A stretch of 64,000 nt of DNA from Anthoceros angustus. Its lineage: Eukaryota > Plantae > Anthocerotophyta. Positions 1-12,400 of the stretch are shown here, in pieces; position 1 is the first letter of the stretch; every line of letters begins with the position of its first letter. The translations under genes were made by a program, and so were the position numbers. The notes below the pieces were generated by a model. It worked only from the letters and a program-made list of their open reading frames with translations, did not search any database and had not been told where the DNA came from. The DNA lies in the NCBI GenBank assembly GCA_010909165.1, contig VJWM01000063.1:1054001-1118000 (forward strand), in the 5' to 3' direction.

Positions 1-611
1 CGCGAGGGATGGAACTATGAGAGTGAGGAGCTCGTTTATGAATGTGCGCGCAACCTCTACAACGACTGCCGACGGGGTTCCATACCGGCCAATCCCACCA
101 GTTGAACACCATAGGCCGAGACGCTCACCGCCCGGATGAGGAGGCCATGGGGGAGACCATTTTGTTAGAGAAGACGCCGGAACATGTGTCGCAGATAGCT
201 GAACTGTTCGGGAATGCGAAGGGTAGGGCCAAGACCTCCAACGGCTGGAAGATCAGCCTCATGAAGGACAGGGGGCATCAGGTAGTAGCGAGGTTGGTGG
301 AAACCTTTAGGGCCTCCAGCAAACAAGACCATCTGAACGATATCTACCTCTATTTCCTAGATGACATCCTGCACCGGCACTACATAGTAGATTGGGGATT
401 GGTGCTCTACGAGAGGGCAGAGGAGGAGAGGGAGGCTTTGAAGGGACCATTGCAATACCCGCTGTCCTTGCTGACACCTTGCCTGGTGAAGTTGTACCGC
501 ATCAATTTCCGCATGCGGGAGGAGGAGTTGGCAGCAGCGACCTTTGAATGGGGAGTGCCCAGGCAACTGAGGGAGGCTAGATCATCTGAGGCGGAAGTTC
601 CGGTGGCGTGA
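1..611 (+). pseudogene. Degenerate TE-associated ORF of unknown function (NGW...VDWG type)
   Basis: ORF 42..611 contains SNGWKISL...IYLYFLDDILHRHYIVDWGLVLYE. An upstream frame (REGWNYESEELVYECARNL) is broken by stops. A similar motif order occurs on the minus strand at ~32.5-33.1 kb. Confidence 0.4.
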
Positions 612-1304
612 TGGCAGTCGGAGCCTCAGCAATAGTTAAGAGGGAGGAAGAATCTTGTCTAGGCTCGGAGGCTACTGCCATGTAGCACACCTACGAGGGC
701 CGTGCCCGTACTACGGTCACTAGAGCGGCAACAGCACTGTCCACCGCAGTACTTGGGGGAAGGGGGCCACAAGTGCCCATACCGCTGCCTGATGAAACCA
801 CGACTACGAGCACTGCGTTGTGGCGGCTGAGGCTACAGTAGCCTCAACCGCCACTACGACCAAGGCCGCTACTACGGCAATCCTGTTGCTTCGAGACTGA
901 TCCTATGAGAGGAACTTCCACCGCGGCACAAGGATGGAAGTGAGCCGCACAACGAAGTTCCCTCTCCCCCTTCCCCTTCCTCTCCAAGGAATCGCGGCAA
1001 GCGCCCCCAGCTCCTAGACGTCGTCGCCGCCAAGGAAGCGACAAGCTATGAGAAGGACTTCCCGGCATGAGGACCTGGACCTGCAGGATTTGGTCCGGAC
1101 CCTAGGGGCCATCTATGTGGAAAGGAGGCAGGCGGCCTTGGAGAGGGGATGGCAAAGATAGAAGCCCTCCCCCTCATCCCGCAGTTGACCGCCAGTGAAT
1201 CGGATTCACTGGACGAGGCGGAGCAGAAGGTGCTCCAATCTCCGATTCACTGGACGAGGCGGAGCAGAAGGTGCTCCAATCTCAAGAACTTCAAGGCACA
1301 CTTG

Positions 1305-1528
1305 TGATAAAAAATATGACTATTTAGGACACTATTCATTAGGCACTAGAAATCCAAAATTAAATATTATTTATTTCATAGGACTAGAAGTGGTTATTTA
1401 TTCAGTTAGTTGTTATATTGGTTATATTGATTACAAACACCTATAACCACCTCTACTTTATAAATACTTGCTTTGTCCATTTAATGCAATGCTACAAACA
1501 TCTTTGAGCAAGTGTGTGATTTTCATCA
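1305..1528 (+). mobile_element. Putative 5' LTR of a Ty1/copia element
   Basis: Termini TGATAAAAA...TTTTCATCA are inverted (8/9 match). TATA-like TTATAAATA lies at ~1459. It is followed directly by TGATATCCGAGC (1529-1540), a degenerate tRNA-iMet PBS (consensus TGGTATCAGAGC). The LTR end plus PBS is duplicated as a 36-bp repeat. Confidence 0.6.
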
Positions 1529-1590
1529 TGATATCCGAGCACCTTGCTCTTGAGATTTTCATCATGATATCCGAGCACCTTGCTCTTGAG

Positions 1591-2324
1591 CAGGGTGTCA
1601 TTTTTGACCGAGTACTAGCTCAGTCCCCGGGAGTCATTTTGACCGAGTACTAGCTCAGTCCCCGGGAGTCATTTTGACCGAGTATTAGCTCAGTCCCCGG
1701 GAGTCATTTTGACCGAGTAGCTCAGTCCCGGGGAGTCATTTTGACCGAGTACTAGCTCAGTCCCCGGGACCGCCTACCTTGATCAGGGTGTCATTTTGAC
1801 CGAGTACTAGCTCAGTCCCCGGGAGTCATTTTGACCGAGTACTAGCTCAGTCCCCGGGACCGCCTACCTTGATCAGGGTGTCATTTTGACGAGATTAGCT
1901 CACCGAGTCATTTTGACCGAGTACTAGCTGGCCCCGGACCGCTTACCTAGCTACGCTGTCCCACCTAGCAGGACTTTTTATGTACACCCTTGGTCATTAA
2001 ATATAATAAATATTAAATAAATAATTTATAAATAATAATATAAAGATCGCAGATCATGGAGTCCTCATAGACGCAGCCTCTAGCCGGCAGATTGCAAACT
2101 TACCCATGATAAGATGTCCATGTGTTCATAATAAATATAAATCCTTGATATAAAATTAAATAATTTACTAATTTTAAACCAGATTTTGAGGAACCCTCGG
2201 TCCCCGAGGGTAATAGGGGACCGAGGGTGGGGACCGGACTCTTGAAAAACCTCTGGTCCCATGTTTTTTTTAACACATGCCGGGACCGGGACCGAGCTTG
2301 GGACGGGGTCAAAATGACACCCTG
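1591..2324. mobile_element. Non-autonomous hAT element (MITE)
   Basis: TIRs CAGGGTGTCATTTTTGACC (1591) and GGTCAAAATGACACCCTG (2307-2324). 8-bp flanks CTCTTGAG and CTCTTGAT match 7/8. CAGGG termini with an 8-bp TSD are hAT hallmarks. Confidence 0.85.
1597..1940 (+). repeat. ~35-bp minisatellite derived from the hAT left end
   Basis: About 9 copies of GTCATTTTGACCGAGTACTAGCTCAGTCCCCGGGA. Two copies (1784, ~1874) regenerate the full TIR. Confidence 0.85.
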
Positions 2325-2332
2325 CTCTTGAT

Positions 2333-3180
2333 CACAGAGGGCTACATCCCCTCTCGAGCTTGTTCACACATACATTTGTGGTCCCATCTCTACACATTCT
2401 TTTAGTGGTACCAGATACTTTTTGACATTCACAGATGACTTCTCTCATTTTGTCCTCACCTATATCCTCAAACACAAGAGTGATGCTTATCATTTCTTCA
2501 AGGATTACATGACATGGGCAGAGAGATTAACAGATAAAAAACTCAAGACCTTACGTTCCGATAACGGTGGAGAGTTTACATCACATGAATTTGCTGATTT
2601 TTGTCGAGCTGAAGGTATAGCTCAACAACTCCCTGTTGTACACACTCTTCAGCAAAACGGCATAGCAGAAAACAAGAATCTACGCCTCCAAGAAATTACT
2701 GGCTATTTATTATCCCAAGCAAAACTTCCAAAAGTTTATTGGGCAAAAGCTATTCTTATAGCCACTTATATTATCAATCGATTGCTTACATCTACAGTAA
2801 AAGATATTACTCCATATGAAGCATTTATTGGTAAAAAACCTTCTATCGATCATCTTCGAATATTTGGATCTCCTGCTTATGTTTTTATTCCTAAAACACA
2901 ACGTAAGTTAGATCCCAAGGTTGCCAAATACACTTTTATTGGCTATACTGAAGGCATCAAGGGTTACAAATTATTTGATCCTTCTACCGGAAAGCTTCTA
3001 TATGCAGGAAGTGACACCTTTCATGAGTCTCACCTATTTTCTCCTTCAGTGGGAGGTAACGACTTTGGCAATCCTATTCCTCTTTTCGATGAGGATAATG
3101 ATAATTCATTATTTGATGATAGTGACACCATTACTCAATTCCCCGTTCCTACTTCACGTGTTCCTTTGGTTGAACTTATT
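2333..3180 (+). pseudogene. Ty1/copia integrase core plus SH3-like region (pol, 5' part)
   Basis: RATSPLELVHTYICGP, FTDDFSH, LRSDNGGEF, QQNGIAE, TPYEAFIGKKPSIDHLRIFGS, FIGYTEGIKGYKLFDP. Confidence 0.95.
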
Positions 3181-3407
3181 ATGCAGGAGAAGGAGGAGTT
3201 AGCATGCATTCCACACCTCGACACACGGCCGATAACGGCAGTTCAGAAAAGCCACATAAAATATACGATGTTGCAATTTTTTGTTACACTTCCACATTGC
3301 AACATGCTTTGGAGGCTTGGTATTAATTTTTGTCGGCCTGACCGCTTGGTGCAAATGCATCTTAACACGAACTCGGCACTCTCTTCCCACCTCACCCTTA
3401 TGGGTAC

Positions 3408-6400
3408 TGTGGAGTGCCAAACCATGTCCGCATTTGGCGGCTTGTTTTGCTTTTTTTCGGTCACATCGTTAAGAGGATAGGAGGAGTTAGCTAATAAGGC
3501 CATTTTCGCCGTGACAGTACTGTGGCAATCCCCAGACCTCGGTCTGGAGGACGGAGGGTCCGTCCGGCGAGGTCCGACGGAGGGTCTGCCCGGGCGAGGT
3601 CCGACGGAGTGGTCTGCCCGGCGAGGTCCGGAGGAGTGGTCTGCCTGGGCGAGGTCTGGCGGAGTGGTTCGGCGTAGGTCTGGACGGAGGGTCTGCCGGG
3701 CGAGGTCCGACGGAGTGGTCTGCTCGGCGAGGTCGGATGAGTGGTCTGCCCGGCGTAGGTCTGGCCGGAGGGTCTGCCCGGGCGGTCTGGACGGAGGGTC
3801 TGCCCGGCGAGGTCTGATGAGGGTCTGCCCGGCGAGGTCCGACGGAGTGGTCTGCCCGGGCGTAGGTCTGGAGTGGTCTGCCTGAGAGGTCCGGCGGAGT
3901 GGTCTGCCTGAGAGGTTCGGCGAGTGGTCTGCCCGGCGAGGTCCGGAGTGGTTCGCCGCTGTGGTGATTTAGTTTGGTGGGCATCACCGCATGGATCTAC
4001 TGCTTTATGGGAAGCAATTGCAAGAAGTCCGCGCAGTTGATGAGCTACGCCCCTGCCGGGTTACCACGACCTGTGGTTAGGATACATACATAGGCGGGTT
4101 AGGTTAGGTATGGGAGTATAGGAAGGCTCAAGGCCCAAGACGGGCAGACTATCCCGGTACCATCTTCGCGCCTCCGTGTGCTCTTGCCTTCCGTGCTCGA
4201 GGAGGAGTGAGTTCCCGCCACCGCAGGTGATTAATTGGTGGTAGAGGGATGTGTTTAGAGCTCGTGACGAGCCCGCCAACACGCTTGATGGGTGCACCGG
4301 GTCGGACTCGAGCTTAGAGGCGCTTGGGGTGACCTCAGCTGGTGAAGCCATCCTTGAGGCTGGAACGGAGGTCCGTCCGGGCGAGTACGAGATCGACGGG
4401 CGAAGCCACTTCTCCGGTAACGCGGAAGCACTGGAGGGGATTAGGAGGCGCTTGGGGTGACTCGTCATGGAAGCCATCCTTGAGGTCATTGAACGGAGGT
4501 CGTGGGGTTGCAGTCCAAGCTCCCGCAACGGAAGCACTGGAGGGGATTAGAGGCGCTGGGGTGACTCTCATGGAAGCCATCCTTGGAGGCTGGAACGGAG
4601 GTCGGGGTTGCAGTCGCTGCCTCTCCAACGTGAAGTGCACCGGCGGCAAAGGCGGCCCGGTGAATACATCGGGCGTGTTGGTGTTGTGACTACTAGCCGG
4701 GGATGGATAAGGAGAAGGGTCGTGGTTACGCGGTGTGTTGAGGTGGAGTTGTGGCCGGACAGAGTTGAGGAGCGCCGGGCGCTTAGAGCGAGATCGACGG
4801 GCGAACGCGCCGCTAAACCTGCTCCGTATGGGGAGAAACCGTGGTTGTGGGAAGGTCCGGCGCGCGCCCGTCCGACGAGTTGTGGAGGGCACACACTTAG
4901 GTTGTGGAGCCGACCCAACATGATGAAGTCCGCTCAGCGATAGGTCAGAGCTCAGTGCATTAAGCACGAGACCATTCCTTGGGAACGACTCCTTCTACAA
5001 CGACACGGATTGTGCGCGCTACGCAAGAAAGTCGCCACATTTTGGCGCTGTCGGGAATGGTATTGTTGTGGACCGCCGAGTTAGTAGGTAGGAGTAGGAT
5101 ACCGCCAGATTGCGGGGATGGGTGTAATGGCTCGCGCTTGTGGAGTATATGTATAGGGAGGAGTTAGCTAAGGCCATTTTCGCCGTGCACTTGGTGGCAA
5201 TCCTAGACCCTCGGTCTGGAGGACGGAGTGGTCCGTCCGGCGAGGTCCGGCCGGGAGGGTCTGCCCGGGCGAGGTCCGACGAGTGGTCTGGTCGGGCGAG
5301 GTCCGACGGAGTGGTCTGCCCGCGAGGTCTGATGGAGTGGTCTGCCCGGCGAGGTCTGGAGGGTCTGCTCGGCGAGGTCCGACGGAGGGTCTGCCCGGCG
5401 AGGTCGGCGAGTGGTCGTCGGGCGAGGTCTGATGGAGGGTCTGCCCGGCGAGGTCCGACGGAGTGGTCGCTCGGCGAGGTCTGGCTGAGTGGTCTGCCGG
5501 GCGAGGTCTGACGGAGGGTCTGCCCGGCGAGGTCTGGCGGAGGGTCTGCCTGAGAGGTTCGGCGAGTGGTCTGCCTGAGAGGTTCGGCGAGTGGTCCGCC
5601 CGGGCGAGGTCTGACGGAGTGGTTCGCCGGTGATTTAGTTTGGTGGGCATCACTGCATGGATCTACTGCTTGGCGGAAGCTGGTGCAAGAAGTCCGCCAG
5701 TGATGAGCTACGCCCTCCATGACTACGACCTGGTTAGGATACATACATAGGCGGTTAGGTTAGGGTATGGGAGTATAGGAAGGCTCGCGCCCAAGACGGG
5801 CAGACTATCCCGGTACCATCTTCGCGCCTCCGTGCTCTGCCTCCGTGCTCGAGGAGCGGAGTGAGTTCCCGCCACCGCAGGTGATTAATTGGTGGTAGAG
5901 GGATGTGTTTAGAGCTCGTGACGAGCCCGCCAACACGCTTGATGGGTGCATCGGGTCGGACTGAGCTTAGGAGGCGCTTGGGGTGACCCGCCGGGTGGAA
6001 GCCATCCTTGAGGCTGGAACGGAGGCCGGGGATGCAGCCGGGGCTCCGCAGAACGTGAAGCTGGAGGGGATTAGGAGGCGCTGGGGTGACTCAGGGCGGA
6101 AGCCATCCTTGAGGTCATTGAACGGAGGTCGGTTGCAGGTCAGTGCCCGGAAGGGCAAAGGCGGCCCGGTGTGAATACATACAAGCTTGGTGTTGTGACT
6201 ACCACCGGATAAGGGAGAAGGGTCGTTACACAGTGTGTGTTGAGGTGGAGTTGTGGGAAGTTGAGGAGCGCCGGGCGAGTACGAGATCGACGGGCGAACG
6301 CGCTGCTAAACCTGCTCCTAGTACCGAGAAACCGTGGTTGTGGGAAGGTCCGGTACGCGCTACCCGTCCGACGAGTTGTGGAGGGGCACACACTTAGGTT

Positions 6401-9400
6401 GTGGAGCCGACCCAACATGATGAAGTCCGCTCAGCGATAGGTCAGAGCTCAGTGCATTAAGCACGAGACCATTCCTCGGGAACGACTCCTTCTACAACGA
6501 CACGGATTGTGCGCGCTACGCAAGAAAGTCGCCACATTTTGGCGCTGTCGGGAATGGTATTGTTGTGGACCGCCGAGTTAGTAGGTAGGAGTAGGATACC
6601 GCCAGATTGCGGGGATGGGTGTAATGGCTCGCGCTTGTGGAGTATATGTATAGGGAGGATGCATAGGACCTGGAGGGTGCGCCCTGGAGGCCCAAAGATG
6701 CTCAAAGGGAGAAAGAAGATGGGCACGGCTACCGGGAGGACGACATCAACCTCGGAGGAGGAGGGCGACTCATCCTCAACGGAGGATGAATCTTGCAAAA
6801 AGGTTCCCAATGTTGCCGGACTTGCGACACCGAGGAGGTAGTAAAAGCCGAGAAGGGAGAGTCCACGAAAGAGCGGAGTATGGGTGTTGGCGAGGCCGCC
6901 AATGTATGAGAAGGGAGTATGTGGAGTGCCAAATCCGATGTCCGCATTTTGGCGGCTTGTTTTGCTTTTTTTTCGGGTCACATCGCTAAGAGGGATAGGA
7001 GGAGTTAGCCAATAAGGCCATTTTCGGCCGATTGCACTAGGGCAATCCCTAGACCCTCGGTCCGCTGGAGGACGGAGTGGTCCGTCGGCGAGGTCCGACG
7101 GAGTGGTCTGCCCGGCGAGGTCCGACGGAGGGTCTGCCCGGCGAGGTCTGGACGGAGGGTCCGTGGCGAGGTCCGACGGAGTGGTCTGCCCGGCGAGGTC
7201 TCGAGTGGTCTGCCCGGCAGGTCCGACGGACCGGGCGAGGTCGGCGGAGTGGTCTGGCTCGCGAGGTCGGCGAGGGTCTGTCGGAGGAGGGTCTGCTCGG
7301 GCGAGGGCCCGGATGGAGGGTCTGCCCGCGTAGGTCGGCGGAGTGGTCTGCTCGCGAGGTCTGGCGAGGGTCTGGCGCGAGGTTCGACGGAGGGTCTGCC
7401 TGAGAGGTTCGGGCGGAGTGGTCTGCCCGGGCGAAGTCCGACCGAGTGGTCGCCGGTGGTTTAGTTTGGTGGGCATCGCTGGCATGGATCTCTTGTTTGG
7501 CGGGGCAAGCAAGAAGTCCGGCGCAGTGATGAGCTACGCCCGGTTACCACGACCTGTGGTTAGATACATACATAGGCGGTTAGGTTAGGTTAGGGTATGG
7601 GAGTATAGGAAGGCTCGCGCCCAAGACGGCACTATCCCGGTACCATCTTCAAGGCCCGTGTGCCTCCGTGCTCGAGAGAGCGGAGTGAGTTCTCGCCACC
7701 GCAGGTGATTAATTGGTGGTAGAGGGATGTGTTTAGAGCTGGTGACGAGCCCGCCAACACGCTTGATGGGTGCATCGGGGACCGATTAGGAGGCGCTTGG
7801 GGTGACCGTGGAAGCCATCCTTGAGGCCGGAACGGAGGTCGGGGATGCAGGTCATGGCCACTTCTCCGCAACGTGAAGCACCGGAGGGGATTAGGAGGCG
7901 CTGGGGTGACTCATGGAAGCCATCCTTGGAGGCCGGAACGGAGGTGGGGTTGCAGTCTTACCCGCTAACGGGCAGGAAGGCAAAGGCGGCCCGTGAATAC
8001 ATCGGCGTGTTGGTGTTGTGACTACTAGCCGAATGGATAAGGGAGAAGGGTCGGTTACGGCGTGTGTGTTGAGGTGGAGTTGTGGCTACGGACAGAGTTG
8101 AGGAGCGCCGGGCGCCAGAGTACGAGATCGATTAAGGAACGCGCCGCTAAACCTGCTCCGAGTAATCGAGAAACTGGGTTGTGGGAAGGTCCGGTCGCGC
8201 TACCGGTCCGACGAGTTGTGGAGGGCACACACTTAGGGTTGTGGAGCCGCCGACCCAACATGATGAAGTCCGCTCAGCGATAGGTCAGAGCTCGTGCAAT
8301 AAGCACGAGACCATTCCTGGGAACGGACTCCTTCCTACAACGACACGGATTGTGCGCGCTACCGCCATCAAGAAAAGTCGCGCCACATTTTGGCGCTGCC
8401 GGGAATGGTATTGTTGTGGACCCGCCCGAAAGTTAGTAGGTAGGAGTAGGACGGCCGCCGATTAAGGCTGGATGTGTAATGGTCAGGTGGAGTATACAAG
8501 TAGGGAGGATGCATAGGACCGGACGCCGAGGGTGCGACCCAGCGGGAGGCCCGCATGCTCAAAGGGAGAAAGAAGATGGGCACGGGCGCTGGGAGGACGA
8601 CATCAACCTCGGAGGAGGAGGGCGACTCATCCTCAACGAGGATGAATCTTGGTAAAAAGGTTCCCAATGTTGCCGGACTTGGCCGACACGAGGAGGTAGT
8701 AAAGTGAGAAGGGAGAGTCCAAAAAGAGCGGAGTATTGCCTGGTGTTGGCGAGGCCGCCAATGATGAGAAGGGAGTATGGAGTGCCAAACCATGTCCGCA
8801 TTTTGGCGGCTTGTTTTGCTTTTTTTGTCAGCATCGCTAAGAGGGATAGGGAGGAGTTAGCTCATAGGCCGATTGCACTTGCTGTGGCAATCCCTAGACC
8901 TCCGCTGGAGGACGAGTGGTCCGTCGAGGTCCGACGAGTGGTCCGTCCGGCGAGGTCCGACGAGTGGTCTGCTCGGAGGTCCGACGGAGGGTCTGCCCGG
9001 CGAGGTCCGGCGAGGGTCTGCTCGGCGAGGTCCGACGGAGGGTCTGCCCGGCGAGGTCCGGAGTGGTCTGCCGGCGAGGTCTGACGGAGTGGTCTGCCCG
9101 GGCAGGGTCGACGGAGTGGTCTGCCCGGCGAGGTTCGATGGAGGGTCTGCTCGGCGAGGTTCGATGGAGTGGTCTGCCCGGCGAGGTCTCGGAGTGGTCT
9201 GCCGGGCGAGGTCGACGGAGGGTCTGCCCGCGGTAGGTCACGGAGTGGTCTGCTCTGAGAGGTCCGGCGAGGGTCTGCCCGGCGAGGTCGACGGAGTGGT
9301 CTCGCCGGTGGTTTAGTTTGGTGGGCATCGCTGGCATGGATCTACTGCTGGGAAGTACCGGTGCAAGAAGTCCGCGCAGTGATGAGCTACGCCCCGGCTA

Positions 9401-12400
9401 CCACGACCTGTGGTTAGGATACATACATAGGTTAGGTTAGGGTATGGGAGTATATAGGAAGGCTCGGCCCAAGACGGCAGACTATCCCGGTACCATCTTC
9501 GGCCTGCTGCAGGCTCGAGGAGCGGAGTGAGTTCCCGCCACTGCAGGATTAATTGGTGGTAGAGGATGTGTTTAGAGCTCGTGACGAGCCCGCCAACACG
9601 CTTGATGGGTGCATCGGCCCACCCGAGAGGAGGCGCTGGGGTGACTCGGGCGGAAGCCATCCTTGGAGGTCACTGAACGGAGGCCGTGGGGATGGGCCAC
9701 TCCGCAACGTGAAGCTGGAGGGATTAGGAGGCGCTTGGGGTGACTCATGGAAGCCATCCTTGAGGCCGAACGGAGGTGGGGTTGCAGTCGCAAGCTTCCC
9801 GCAACGTGAAGGCCCAAGGGGCAAAGGCGGCCCGTGAATACATCGCGTGTTGGTGTTGTGACTAATGGATGGATAAGGGAGAAGGGTCACTGCGGTGTGT
9901 TGAGGTGGAGTTGTGGACAGTTGAGGAGCGCCTGGGCGCTAGAGTACGAGATCGATCAAGGAACGCCGCTAAACCTGCTCCGTAGTACCGAGAAACCGTG
10001 GTTGTGGGAAGGTCCGCACGCGCGCCCGGTCCGACGAGTTGTGGAGGGCACACTTAGGGTTGTGGAGCCGACCCAACATGATGAAGTCCGTCTAGAGTCA
10101 GAGCTGTGCTATAAGCACGAGACCATTCGGGAACGACTTCTTCCTACAACGACACGGATTGTGCGCGCTACCGGCCATCGAAAGTCCACATTTTGGCGCT
10201 GCTCGGGAATGGTATTGTTGTGGACTCACGAGTTAGTAGGTAGGAGTAGGACGGCCGCCGATTTTGTGGGGGTGTAATGGTCGGGCGCTTGTGGAGTATA
10301 CAAGTAGGGAGGATGCAGGACCTGACCGAGGGTGCGAATCTAGCGGAGGCCCAAAGATGCTCAAAGGGAGAAAGAAGATGGGCACGGCACGGGAGGACGG
10401 CACATCAACCTCGAGGAGGAGGCGACTCATCCTCAACGAGGATGAATCTTGGTAAAAAGGTTCCCAATGTTGCCGGACTTGTCGACACCGAGGAGGTAGT
10501 AAAAGCCGAGAAGGGAGAGTCCACGGAAAGAGCGGAGTACTGGGTGTTGGCGAGGCCGCCAATGATGAGAAGGGAGTATGTGGAGTGCCAAACCATGTCC
10601 GCATTTTGGCGCTTGTTTTGCTTTTTTGGGTCACATCTAAGAGGGATAGGGAGGAGTTAGCCAATAAGGCCATTTTCGCCGATTGCACTTAGGTGCAATC
10701 CCTAGACCTCGGTCCGCTGGAGGACGGAGTGGTCCGTCGGCGAGGTCCGACGGAGTGGTCCGTCGTAGGTCCGACGAGTGGTCTGCTCGGGCGAGGTCCG
10801 ACGGAGTGGTCTGCCCGGGCAGGTCCGGCGGAGTGGTCTGCCCGGGCGAGGTCCGGCGGAGTGGTCTGCCCGGGCAGGTCCGACGGAGGGTCTGCCGGCG
10901 AGGTCTGGCGAGGTCTGGAGGTCGACGAGTGGTCTGCCCGGCGAGGTCTGACGGAGGGTCTGCTCGGGCGAGAGTGGTCTGCCCGCGAGGTCTGGCGGAG
11001 TGGTCTGCCCGGCGAGGTCACGGAGTGGTCGTCCGCGAGGTCCGGAGTGGTCGTCCTTGAGAGGTCCGGCGAGTGGTCTGCCCGCGAGGTCTGACGGAGT
11101 GGTCGCCGGTGGTTTAGTTTGGTGGGCATCGCTGGCATGGATCTACTGCGAAGGCACTGCAAGAAGTCCGCAGTTGATGAGCTACGCCCAGGTACTAATG
11201 ACCTGTGTTAGGATACATACATAGGCGGGTTAGGTTAGGGTATGGGAGTATATAGGAAGGCTCGCCCAAGACGGCAGACTATCCTGTACCATCTTCAAGG
11301 CCTGTGTTTGCTCTCCGTCCGGGAGGACGGCACATCAACCTCGAGGAGGAGGGCGACTCATCCTCAACGAGGATGAATCTTGGTAAAAAGGTTCCCAATG
11401 TTGCCGACTTGGCCGACACCGAGGAGGTAGTAAAATGAGAAGGGAGAGTCCGACTAAAGAGCGGAGTATTGTTCGGGGTGAGGCCGCCAATGATGAGAAG
11501 GGAGTATGTGGAGTGCCAAACCGGCGTCCGCATTTGGCGCTTGTTTTGCTTTTTTGGTCACATCGTTAAGAGGGATAGGGAGGAGTTAGCCAATAAGGCT
11601 GGGCCGATTGCACTTGCTGTGCAATCCCTAGACCTCGGTCCGAGGACGGAGTGGTCCGTCTCGGCGAGGTCCGACGGAGTGGTCCGTGGGCGAGGTCCGA
11701 CGGAGTGGTCTGCCCGGCGAGGTCCGACGGAGTGGTCTGCCCGGCGAGGTCCGACGGAGTGGTCTGCCCGGGCGAGGTCCGAGGTCTGCCCGGGCGAGGT
11801 CTGACGGAGGGTCCGTCTGGCGAGGTCCGACGGAGTGGTCGTCGGCGAGGTCGACGGAGTGGTCTGCCCGGCAGACGGAGTGGTCTGCTCGGGCGAGGTC
11901 CGACGGAGGGTCTGCCCGGGCAGGTCCGACGGAGTGGTCTGCCCGGCGAGGTCCGACGGAGTGGTCTGCCTGCGAGGTCCGACGAGTGGTCCGCCCTGAG
12001 AGGTCGGAGGGTCCGTCCGGCGAGGTCCGACGGAGTGGTCGTCCGGCGGTGGTTTAAGCCAGGCACGCCGCATGGATCAAGCTTAGGGGACTGCAAGAAG
12101 TCCGCAGGATGAGCTACGCCCCTGGCTACATTAATGACTGGTTAGATACATAGGCGGGTTAGGTTAGGTATGGGAGTATATAGGAAGGCTCGCCCAAGAC
12201 GGCACTATCCCGTACCATCTTCGGCCTGCGGTGTTTTTCTTGCCTTCCGTGCTCGAGGAGCGAGTGAGTTCTCGCCACCGCAGGTGATTAATTGGTGGTA
12301 GAGGGATGTGTTTAGAGCTCGTGACGAGCTCCGCCAACACGCTTGATGGGTGCATCGGGTCGGACTCGAGCTTAGGAGGCGCTGGGGTGACTCACTGGTG

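Noticed and set aside
1597-1940. CRISPR-like 35-bp repeats
   Set aside because: No unique spacers, no cas genes, eukaryotic context, and the repeat derives from a hAT TIR.
3408-5039. Retrozyme (hammerhead ribozyme LTR) or Cassandra (5S-bearing LTR)
   Set aside because: TGATGAG and ATGATGAAG occur, but I found no CTGANGA...GAAA core with stems and no 5S similarity by eye. An Infernal/Rfam scan would settle it.
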